Assembly: GCA_041389925.1 (NCBI GenBank)
Contig: JAWKQX010000006.1
Span: forward strand, 471,837-535,836
Reading direction: 5' to 3'
Origin: Kofleriaceae bacterium
GTDB taxonomy: Bacteria; Myxococcota_A; Polyangia; Haliangiales; Haliangiaceae
Length of the DNA stretch: 64,000 bases
The translations under genes were made by a program, and so were the position numbers. Below are positions 54,110-61,845 of the stretch, piece by piece. Below the pieces are notes generated by a model. It did no database searches and had not been told where the DNA came from. It saw only the letters and a program-made list of their open reading frames with translations. Within the stretch, counting starts at the first letter, position 1, and the number at the start of each line of letters is the position of its first letter.

Positions 54110-54847
54110 ATGAAGTCTAGCTTGGCTCTCACCCTGATCATCCTCGCCGCGCCGATCTCCGCCTCCGCGCACATCCACATGATCAAGCCGACCCCTCGGG
54201 TCGACTCCATCGGCGGCGACGCCAACGCGCAGAAGAGCAAGTACTGCGGCTCGCCGGGCTACTCGCGCGCCGCGCACCCCGAGCGCGTGACGCAGTTCAA
54301 GCCGGGCGCCACCATCCGCGTCATGTGGGAAGAGACGATCTCTCATCCCGGCTGGTACCGGATCTCGTTTCAGCCCAACGGCGAGGCGTTCACGGTGCCG
54401 CCGCCCGTAGGCAACGGCGGCTTCCCGACCGCGGACGAGACCGGCGTCACTGACCCGGCGACCGGCTCGACGATCCTCCTCGACCGGATCACCGACGGCG
54501 TGCCGGGGGCGATGCAGATGGCCGACATCACCCTGCCCAATATCGAGTGCGACAATTGCACTTTGCAGTTCACGCAGTTCATGACGGATAAGGCTCCCTA
54601 CACGAACGACGCGTTGAGCGACGATATCTACTTCAACTGCGCCGATCTCACGCTGAGCAACACCGCGCCTGATCCTGCTCCCGATGCCGGTCCCGTCGAC
54701 GCTGGCCCCGACGCGGGCAACCCGGCGCAGGACGACGGCACGCTCCGCGGCGGCTGCAGCGCGGGTGGCTCCACGGCGCTCGGCGGTTTCGCGGCGTTCG
54801 CGTTGCTCGGCCTCGTCGGGTTCTTGCGTCGGCGAGCGACGCGCTAG
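54110..54847 (+). CDS. Secreted protein with MYXO-CTERM-type C-terminal sorting tail; His-rich mature N-terminus (possible metal site)
   Basis: Signal peptide MKSSLALTLIILAAPISASA, then HIHMIKP. The C-terminus GGCSAGGSTALGGFAAFALLGLVGFLRRRATR fits Cys-TM-basic MYXO-CTERM. An alternative start is at 54044. Confidence 0.6.
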   Translation: MKSSLALTLIILAAPISASAHIHMIKPTPRVDSIGGDANAQKSKYCGSPGYSRAAHPERVTQFKPGATIRVMWEETISHPGWYRISFQPNGEAFTVPPPVGNGGFPTADETGVTDPATGSTILLDRITDGVPGAMQMADITLPNIECDNCTLQFTQFMTDKAPYTNDALSDDIYFNCADLTLSNTAPDPAPDAGPVDAGPDAGNPAQDDGTLRGGCSAGGSTALGGFAAFALLGLVGFLRRRATR

Positions 54848-55351
54848 GGCGCTCGCGATCTCGTCGCGTGAGACCACGCGGGCTCTTGGAGCGCCCGCCG
54901 CGGCGACGATGTAGGCGTTGCCCAGCGACGTGAGCGTTCGCCCTCAGCGACTCAAACTACCGCTGATGTGATCTGGAGAAGTGACGCGCGCGATGTGAGC
55001 GTTGTGCGCGAGTTCTCGACGACGCTCGCGCGCCTTTGTGTCGGCGGATGTGCGCGCGCGCGGCATGGTTCACGACGGTACGGCCGTTGTGTGCATCAAG
55101 CGAAGTTTATTCGAGATTCTCGTAAGAGGAGTGTTGCGGTGGTAGGTGTCTTCTGCGAGTCTTGCGGTACCAAATTGGGTCGTTGTGAAGAGCCGTAGAA
55201 CCTATCCCTTCTGCGTCGCTGTTCGTCGGGGCGGGCGTTCCGAGGAGCAGAGGCACCTTTGCGTCGGGCACGCCGCCGCGCTCGAGGGTAGCGCGGCGAG
55301 AGTTCAGGTCTTCACGAGCGCGGGGTGGCACCACAACGTTCTGGCGAGGGC

Positions 55352-56188
55352 ATGATGGAAGGAGATTTGAGTCTGTTGTCGATTCCTGATCTGCTTCAGA
55401 TGATCTGTCTGGGTGGATATAGTCGAGACATCCATCTCTTCGATGGCCAGACTCAACTCGGCGTGATCGCGATTCGCAACGGCCGCGTGGATCGATGCTT
55501 CGGCTACGGCACCTGGGGCGAGGGCGCGTTCTTCAAGCTCGTGACGCTCCGACGGGGTCGCTACAAGGTCAACGATGCGCAGGACATGTCGGCCTCCGAC
55601 GCGACGCTCACGGCGTACTCCTGGCAAGAGCTCCTCATGGAGGCGGCCCGCCAGCAAGACGAGGCCGCCCGGGTCGCGCAGGTGTCCGCGGCGAACGCGG
55701 GGCGCGTCATCCCCTTTCCGACGCCGACGTCGCACGGTGGCGGCGGTGGCGCCGAGGTGATGCGGAGCGACACCGGCTCCCTCTCGATGCGCGACGCCTC
55801 GTCCGGCTCCGCGGAGACGCACTTCGATTTCCCCGCGATCTTCGATGCGCCGGGTCCGACGTCGACCTCGAGCAGTGTGGCGCCGACGGTGATCGCGCGC
55901 AGCGACTCACCTCGACCCGCGTCCGACACCGCGCGTCAGATCCCGATCATCGCCGCGGTGGCGACGGCGCAGCCGATCGCGCTGGCGGCGCAGCCCGCGC
56001 CGCAGCCCGAGCCAGTCGACCGCGGCTCGGAGGACGTGACGAACCTCTTGCAGGAAGCGACGGCCTGCTATCTGCGCAGAGACCTGGACCGCGCGGAGTC
56101 GTTGCTCCTTCGGTGCCTTGAGCTCCGACCTGGAGACCGGCGAGCGACCCAGAACCTGGATCGAATCCGACGAAAGAAGTCCCCATGA
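55352..56188 (+). CDS. PATAN/DUF4388-domain protein with C-terminal TPR-like helix
   Basis: GDLSLLSIPDLLQMICLGGYSRDIHLFDGQTQLGVIAIRNGRVDRCFGYGTWGEGAFFKLVTLRRGRYKV matches the DUF4388 consensus. It is the first gene of the coupled operon. Confidence 0.7.
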   Translation: MMEGDLSLLSIPDLLQMICLGGYSRDIHLFDGQTQLGVIAIRNGRVDRCFGYGTWGEGAFFKLVTLRRGRYKVNDAQDMSASDATLTAYSWQELLMEAARQQDEAARVAQVSAANAGRVIPFPTPTSHGGGGGAEVMRSDTGSLSMRDASSGSAETHFDFPAIFDAPGPTSTSSSVAPTVIARSDSPRPASDTARQIPIIAAVATAQPIALAAQPAPQPEPVDRGSEDVTNLLQEATACYLRRDLDRAESLLLRCLELRPGDRRATQNLDRIRRKKSP

Positions 56189-56988
56189 TCTCGCTCGCGA
56201 TCGTGAGTCCGAAGGGTGGTGTCGGCAAGACCACCCTCTGCTTGAACCTCGCGTACGCCTTCGCGCAGCTCGGCAAGAAGACGCTGCTCATCGACACCGA
56301 TCCGCAAGGCGGCATCGGGCACTCCCTGATGGGCAAGACCAAGGACGCGATCGGCCTGGTGGACCTCCTCGAGGGTGAGCCCGCGAGTCGCGTGGTGATC
56401 CAGACCCGCAATCGCAACCTTTCGATCCTCCCGGTGGGACAGCCCCCGTGGGAGCGGCTGTCCGAGTGGTCCGCGGACATGGCGCGCCCTGGGTTCCTCG
56501 CCGCTCACCTGGAGTCGCTGGAAGGCGAGCACGACCTCGCGATCATCGACACCCCCGCCGGGCTCTCTGGGCCGACCTACGGGGTCATGGCCTACGCCAG
56601 TGATCTCCTGTCGCCGATCCAGACCGAGCCGTTGGCGATCCGCGTCGTCGGGCAGCTCATGGAGGTGCTGGGCCACCTGAAAGCGCAAGGCGCGCGCGCG
56701 AACCTGTGCGGCGTCGTGCTCACCATGGCGAGGATGCGCGACGAGACCTCGCTGTCGATCTCGCAGGAGGCGTGGTCGCTGTTTCCCGAGCGCATGGTGC
56801 TCGACACCGTCGTGCCGCGGGACTCCGAGCTGCTGAAGGCCAGCGCGCAGGGGGTGCCGGTCGGGCTCCTGCGCAAGCGTCCTCCACCCGTCACCGCCGT
56901 GTTCGATCGGATCGCCGCGGAGCTGGAACCTCGTCTTGGAATGACGGAGATCAACGATGACGAACAGCCGATCCCTCTCTTGGATTGA
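56185..56988 (+). CDS. MinD/ParA-family (SIMIBI) P-loop ATPase
   Basis: Deviant Walker A SPKGGVGKTT, Walker A' IDTDPQG, Walker B LAIIDTPAG. ATGA overlap with the upstream gene. Confidence 0.85.
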   Translation: MISLAIVSPKGGVGKTTLCLNLAYAFAQLGKKTLLIDTDPQGGIGHSLMGKTKDAIGLVDLLEGEPASRVVIQTRNRNLSILPVGQPPWERLSEWSADMARPGFLAAHLESLEGEHDLAIIDTPAGLSGPTYGVMAYASDLLSPIQTEPLAIRVVGQLMEVLGHLKAQGARANLCGVVLTMARMRDETSLSISQEAWSLFPERMVLDTVVPRDSELLKASAQGVPVGLLRKRPPPVTAVFDRIAAELEPRLGMTEINDDEQPIPLLD

Positions 56989-57592
56989 CCGCGGGCGCTG
57001 GAACACGCTGCTCGCGGCCGCGACCCAAGGTGGGCCGGCGCTCGCGCCGCGCGGGCCAACGCCAGCCCGGCCTGCTCCGGCGCGTCCCGCACCGGCGGCC
57101 CCTTCCCCTGCGCGGGAGACCCCGGCGCCCGAGCCTGCGGCTGCGGCTGCGGCTCCGGCGGCGCCGGCCGCCGTCGCCACTCCGCGGAGCTACGCCACGT
57201 ACGAGTGTACGTCGACGCTGCTCGATGACCGCCTGCAGGCCCTGATGGCGTGGATCGAGGCGAGCGTGCCTTGTCAGGCGGCCTTCATCGCCGATGACAA
57301 CGGACTCCCCGTAGTGGAGCACATCGGCGCGGAGCAGGGCCACGTCGCCGCCGCGTCCTCGATCCTCTTGATGCTCGCGTCGGTGCGTTCGCTGGTGCGG
57401 GAGAGCGGTGGGTGGCTCTCGCTCAAGTTGAGCTCAAGCGTGTTGAACGTCGTCGAGCTCACGACGCAGTGGGGGCGCTTCGGGATCGGCGTCGTCACGG
57501 ACGACCTCTTGTCCCAGGAGTTCTTCGCCGCGCTGAGCGCGGCGGTCGAGCGCGCATTTCATGGAGATTCGCCTGAAGGAGAGACAACTTGA
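56957..57592 (+). CDS. Roadblock/LC7 (MglB-like) domain protein with Pro/Ala-rich N-terminal region
   Basis: QAAFIADDNGLPVVEHIGAEQGHVAAASSILLMLASVRSLVRESGGWLSLKLSSSVLNVVELTTQWGRFGIGVVTD fits Robl_LC7. It overlaps the ParA gene by 32 nt. Confidence 0.65.
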   Translation: MTNSRSLSWIDRGRWNTLLAAATQGGPALAPRGPTPARPAPARPAPAAPSPARETPAPEPAAAAAAPAAPAAVATPRSYATYECTSTLLDDRLQALMAWIEASVPCQAAFIADDNGLPVVEHIGAEQGHVAAASSILLMLASVRSLVRESGGWLSLKLSSSVLNVVELTTQWGRFGIGVVTDDLLSQEFFAALSAAVERAFHGDSPEGETT

Positions 57593-58167
57593 TGGATCGC
57601 TACCTCGAACAGGCCGTCGTTGAGGTCCCGCAGCTCATCGGGATCTTCGTGACCGCAATGCCTGACAGCTTGCTGTTCTCGTCCTGGGTGCGCGACGGGA
57701 CCGAGTGGAGCGCGGAAGACGTGGCCTCGTATTTCGGAGACCTCGTGCGCTCGAACCGGCAAGGGCTCAAGGCGCTCGGCTCCTGGTCGAGCGAGATGCA
57801 GGTCACCATCGAGTCCGCGGAGTCGTTGGTCGTCCTCCGCGAGATCTCCGCAGACTTCGTGTGCGGCTGCGTGTTCGAGCGCAACGCGCCGCTCGGGATG
57901 GTGCGCCTCCACCTCAAGCGGCTGCTGGAGCGCGTCGCGCAGGCGCTGCCCAAGGTGCAGGCCGAGGATCGCCCGCGCGGCACGCGGATCATGGAGTTCC
58001 TGGATCGGTATGCGCCAGATCCGCACGCGGTCACGCTCCGCGTGTCGCTGCGCTCCGGCATCCCAGTCGACGATCTGAAGTCACCTGCCTCCCTCAGCGC
58101 GGATCAGATCAAGCGGCTGGAAGAGACCGCCTGCAAGATCCTTGGCGTTCATCAGCTGAGCCTCTGA
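57592..58167 (+). CDS. Roadblock/LC7-like domain protein
   Basis: ATG at 57592 overlaps the upstream stop (ATGA). VPQLIGIFVTAMPDSLLFSSWVRDG...VTIESAESLVVLREISADFVCGCVFERNAPLGMVRL fits the Robl fold pattern. Confidence 0.55.
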   Translation: MDRYLEQAVVEVPQLIGIFVTAMPDSLLFSSWVRDGTEWSAEDVASYFGDLVRSNRQGLKALGSWSSEMQVTIESAESLVVLREISADFVCGCVFERNAPLGMVRLHLKRLLERVAQALPKVQAEDRPRGTRIMEFLDRYAPDPHAVTLRVSLRSGIPVDDLKSPASLSADQIKRLEETACKILGVHQLSL

Positions 58168-58179
58168 AAGGAACATGAC

Positions 58180-59433
58180 ATGGCTATCGGAGACCTGAGA
58201 GGGCTATTCGCTGAACAGAGCCTCACGTTCCTCGCTGAGATTCCCTATATCTACCACTGTCATCACTACAACCTCTTCCACGACCAGACCATCGACGACG
58301 CGCTCGGCGAAGATGAAGGGGCGCGCGTGCGCACCACCGCCGCGCATAACTCGTTCCGCGATCTGTTGTCCGCGGTGTTCGAGAAGGCCGGCGCCTCGAC
58401 GCCCGTCGAGCGGATCGCGCTCGCGTCGGAGCTGTTCTCCTGGATGGGCCAGGGCAAGCTCGCGCTGGACGTCAGCGCCGCCGGAGGCCGGGCGAGGTCG
58501 CCTTCGCTGCACTACGGCTACGCGTGGCGCGAGAAGTACGGCTCGCGCGTCAAGCGCGTGGAGCCCGCGGACGCCGTCGCCGCGGGCTTTGCCGGCGCGG
58601 CGACGGAGCTGGCGTTCGGCCTGCCGTCGGAGGCCATCGCCGTCACGGAGCGCAAGTGCGTCGCCGCGCGCGACCCGGAGTGTGAGTTCGAGCTGACGCC
58701 GACGACCGGCCACCCGCCGCTGCCGCCCGTCGATGAGATGACCGTGCGCCGCTACGTCGTCCCCGCGGTGGGGGGCGTCGACGAGGCGAGGATCGTCGCG
58801 ATCTCTCAGGGCCTCCTGGAGTTCATGCGCGCGGTGCAGGGCGACGAGCGGGGCCTGGTCGCCGCGTTCAATGTCTTCGTCACCGCGCACCTGCCGGGCT
58901 ACTACAACGAGACCGTGTACGAGACCGTGCACCGCGCCGAGCGCACCGCGCCGTCCAGCGTGCCCGCGATCGAGGCGCTCATGCAGCAGGCCGGACAGGC
59001 CTGCGTGTTCTTCACGTTCGGCAACGTGCTCTTGTCACCCGAGTGGGATGGCATGGTCGGCGCCCCGACCGGAGATCCGTCGGACGTCGTGTCGTTCTGC
59101 GCCGCGATCGCGCGCGGCCTCGGCTTCGGCCACTGGCTGGTGAACGAGTACGCTCCGCGTAAGCGCCTGGTGCTCCAGTGCACCAGCAACTACGAGGTGC
59201 CGTTCTATCGGAGCCGCTACGGCGTCGCCAAGAAGCCTCGCTCGTACTTCATCCAGGGCGCGGCGCAGGCGATGATGGTCCTCGCTGAGGTCGTCAAGTG
59301 GAAGGAGCGCCCGCAGCTCACGAACGACTACTACGTCGATCTGTTTCGCGCCAAGCCGCGGTATCGGGTGGAGCAGACGAAGTGCTTGATGCGGGGCGAC
59401 ACGATCTCCGAGTACGTGGTCGAGGCGATGTAG
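58180..59433 (+). CDS. Tandem V4R (4-vinyl reductase / Bet3-TRAPP-like) domain protein
   Basis: Two V4R C-terminal signatures are present: VTERKCVAARDPECEFEL and VEQTKCLMRGDTISEYVV. The consensus is E.kC...Gd..CeFe. There is a strong RBS (aaaggaacatgac). Confidence 0.6.
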   Translation: MAIGDLRGLFAEQSLTFLAEIPYIYHCHHYNLFHDQTIDDALGEDEGARVRTTAAHNSFRDLLSAVFEKAGASTPVERIALASELFSWMGQGKLALDVSAAGGRARSPSLHYGYAWREKYGSRVKRVEPADAVAAGFAGAATELAFGLPSEAIAVTERKCVAARDPECEFELTPTTGHPPLPPVDEMTVRRYVVPAVGGVDEARIVAISQGLLEFMRAVQGDERGLVAAFNVFVTAHLPGYYNETVYETVHRAERTAPSSVPAIEALMQQAGQACVFFTFGNVLLSPEWDGMVGAPTGDPSDVVSFCAAIARGLGFGHWLVNEYAPRKRLVLQCTSNYEVPFYRSRYGVAKKPRSYFIQGAAQAMMVLAEVVKWKERPQLTNDYYVDLFRAKPRYRVEQTKCLMRGDTISEYVVEAM

Positions 59434-59442
59434 CAGGAACCC

Positions 59443-59802
59443 ATGTCCAACGCGTCCGCGCAGCCAGCTGCCACCGCCGACTTGGTTCAGGGCCCCCAGC
59501 GCCTGAGCTTGTCCCTGACGCGTGAGGTCACGTGCCTGCGCTCGCTGGCGTGGCGCTGTGATCTCCCACCGGCCTTGCACTGGGACGGGCTCGTCGAGCA
59601 GCTCCTGCAGGCGGGCCTCTCGCCGGTGGCGACCGTGGCGGGGCTGGTGCGGCTCTCGGCGGTGAGCGGAGACGAGATCGTGCTCGTGCCGCGCAGCGGA
59701 CGCGTGCAGCTTCGCGTTCACTATACGGTTCCAGAGCACGAGCGGCGGTTCGCGGCGGAGAGGCTCTTTCAGCTCCTCGTATCTGCGTTGCGCCTCCTAT
59801 GA
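59443..59802 (+). CDS. Hypothetical small protein (operon member)
   Basis: 119 aa with no motifs and mixed alpha/beta character. Its stop overlaps the next start (ATGA). Confidence 0.45.
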   Translation: MSNASAQPAATADLVQGPQRLSLSLTREVTCLRSLAWRCDLPPALHWDGLVEQLLQAGLSPVATVAGLVRLSAVSGDEIVLVPRSGRVQLRVHYTVPEHERRFAAERLFQLLVSALRLL

Positions 59803-60137
59803 GCGTGCCCCCAGAGCTCGATCAGCTTCGCGGCGCGACGCCACAATGCGCGGGCGTCGCGCTCTTTCAAGGGGCACCGCTGACGGTGATCGCCAGCAGC
59901 GGCGAGGCGGCCCTCGCGGGCTGGTCCTCGTGGGAGGACGTCGCCGAGATCGCGCCCTCCTTGCTCGAGGAGGGACCGTCCGCGGTCTCGGAGGTCTTGC
60001 TGCGGCTGCCCGAGGCGATGCTGCTCTTGTCCGCGCAGCCGGGCGGCGTGGTCGCCGTGGTCATGGCGCTCACCAAGGCGGGCGCCGGCGTGGCGCTCGT
60101 CCAGGCGCGCGTGACCGCGTCGAAGGTGAGCGGATGA
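59799..60137 (+). CDS. Roadblock/LC7-like small protein
   Basis: GVALFQGAPLTVIASSGEAALAGW...VLLRLPEAMLLLSAQPGGVVAVVMALTKAGAGVALVQARV is a Robl-like beta-alpha-beta pattern. 112 aa. Confidence 0.5.
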   Translation: MSVPPELDQLRGATPQCAGVALFQGAPLTVIASSGEAALAGWSSWEDVAEIAPSLLEEGPSAVSEVLLRLPEAMLLLSAQPGGVVAVVMALTKAGAGVALVQARVTASKVSG

Positions 60138-60934
60138 GGATGGGGCTGTTCACGCTGTTCGCGCGGCTGGCGGAGCCGCCGAGGCCGGGCACCGGCGGCT
60201 GGAAGATCCGGACGGGGGACGGTCACCAGGGTGTCGTGTTGATGGAGGGCGGGCGGATCTGTTGGGCCAACCATGATCAGGGCGGCCGACTCAGCGACGA
60301 GATCGAGCGCCGTTTCGGCGTCGACCGCAGCACCATCGAGCAGGTCATCCGGCTGTGCAAGGAGCGCAACAAGCCCTTCGGCGCGTCCCTCGTCGAGGAA
60401 GGCTGCATCACGCAGGCCGAGCTGGCGTCCGCGCTGCGCGAGCACACCTGCCGTAGCATCCTCTCGCTGGTCAAGGCGGGCGTCTACCAGTGCGAGTGGG
60501 TCCATCATCAAGGCGGCGGCTACGCTGCCGAGACGACGATCACCCTCGCGCAGACCGTGAGCAGCTGCGTCGCGCTGCTCAAGGGCCTGAACCCTGAGGG
60601 GCTGGAGGCTTCGCTGGAGACGATCGTCGCCGGCGAGGCCGCGGGGCTCCTCGTCCACGCGGCGGCGCGCCTCCCCATCTCCGCGTCGGTCAACCCGGTG
60701 GCGTGGTCCGAGCTGCGGAGCTGGTTCACGTGGGCGCTGCACGTCGACGGCGCGTGTCACCTGGCCTCGCAGGCGTTCCTCGCGGGACGCGGGCCGAAGG
60801 GCGGGTGGGTGCTCTGGCGCGTCGGCTCGATCATCGGGCTCGCGGTGAGTCGCAGCGAGGAGGTGCAGCGCCGCGTCCTGCTCCGGGTGTCGTCGGCGCT
60901 CCCGGACTGGGCCGTGGAGCAGCCCAGGCCCTGA
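60134..60934 (+). CDS. DUF4388-like protein carrying an MshEN/GspE-N-like motif (possible c-di-GMP-binding)
   Basis: GWKIRTGDGHQGVVLMEGGRICWA is a DUF4388-like core. KPFGASLVEEGCITQAELASALREH fits the MshEN pattern RLGxxLLxxGLLxxxxLxxxLxxQ. ATGA coupling to the upstream gene. Confidence 0.5.
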   Translation: MRMGLFTLFARLAEPPRPGTGGWKIRTGDGHQGVVLMEGGRICWANHDQGGRLSDEIERRFGVDRSTIEQVIRLCKERNKPFGASLVEEGCITQAELASALREHTCRSILSLVKAGVYQCEWVHHQGGGYAAETTITLAQTVSSCVALLKGLNPEGLEASLETIVAGEAAGLLVHAAARLPISASVNPVAWSELRSWFTWALHVDGACHLASQAFLAGRGPKGGWVLWRVGSIIGLAVSRSEEVQRRVLLRVSSALPDWAVEQPRP

Positions 60935-60953
60935 ACGGCGCCCGATGGCAGCG

Positions 60954-61718
60954 TCAGCGCGCGGTGAGCCCGCCGTCGACGACCAGCTCCGCGCCGGTGA
61001 CGAAGGTGGACTCGTCCGAGGCGAGGAACACGATGAGATGCGCGACCTCCTCGACGCGCCCGAGCCGGCCGACGGGCGCGGCGTGCGCGAGCCGATCGCG
61101 GACCCGCTGCGAGCCCCCGAACTCCTGCGCGAGCGTCTCCACCATCGGCGTGTCGATGAACGACGGATGCACGGAGTTGCTCCGCACGCCGTGCTTCGCG
61201 CCCGAGAGCGCGATCGACTTGGAGAGCATGCGCACCGCGCCCTTGGTGGCGCAATACCCCAAGAGCTCCGCGTCTCCGACGAGCCCGGCCACCGAGGAGA
61301 GGTGGATGAGCGAGCCCCGTCCCGCCGCCTTCATCGAGGGAAACGCGGCGCGGCTGCCGAGGAACACGCTCTCCACGTTGACCGCCCACATCGTGCGCAG
61401 ATCCGTGAGGGTCGCGTGCTCCAGGTCGCCGCGGAGCCCCATCCCGGCGGCGTTGACCAGCACGTCCAGCCGTCCCGAGGTGTCCAGCGTCTGCGCGACG
61501 AGCGCACCCCAGCCCGCCTCATCGGTGACGTCGAGCGCGGCGAAGCTGTGCGGCGGCCCCAGCGCGCTCGCGGCGGCCTCCCCCCGCGCGACGTCTCGGT
61601 CGACGAGGGTGACCCGGGCGCCTTCACGCGCGAGGTGCTCGGCGCACGCCTTGCCGATGCCGGAGGCGGCGCCTGTGACGATGACGACCTTGTCTTGAAC
61701 TCTACCGGGGCGCTCCAT
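60954..61718 (-). CDS. SDR-family oxidoreductase (3-oxoacyl-ACP reductase-like)
   Basis: Start MERPGRV at 61718. TGAASGIGKA, NAAG and YCATKGAV (YxxxK). Confidence 0.85.
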   Translation of the reverse strand: MERPGRVQDKVVIVTGAASGIGKACAEHLAREGARVTLVDRDVARGEAAASALGPPHSFAALDVTDEAGWGALVAQTLDTSGRLDVLVNAAGMGLRGDLEHATLTDLRTMWAVNVESVFLGSRAAFPSMKAAGRGSLIHLSSVAGLVGDAELLGYCATKGAVRMLSKSIALSGAKHGVRSNSVHPSFIDTPMVETLAQEFGGSQRVRDRLAHAAPVGRLGRVEEVAHLIVFLASDESTFVTGAELVVDGGLTAR

Positions 61719-61845
61719 GGAGGGCGAGGATACCCCGGCCGCTCGACGCGCACACCCACGCGCGCCCGAAGCAGCGCATCCTCGACCGGGGTCTCCCCCA
61801 GGGCTCACCGGGGCGTAGGGGCCTCACCTCCGCGCGAGGTGAGGC

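Noticed and set aside
54968-55198. 76-aa ORF with CxxC pairs in the long intergenic region
   Set aside because: Weak coding signal and no RBS. It is probably a chance ORF in a regulatory leader.
55321-55345. TGGCAC-containing sigma54-like promoter upstream of the DUF4388 gene
   Set aside because: The -12 TTGC element is absent at the required spacing, and the site is too close to the start codon.
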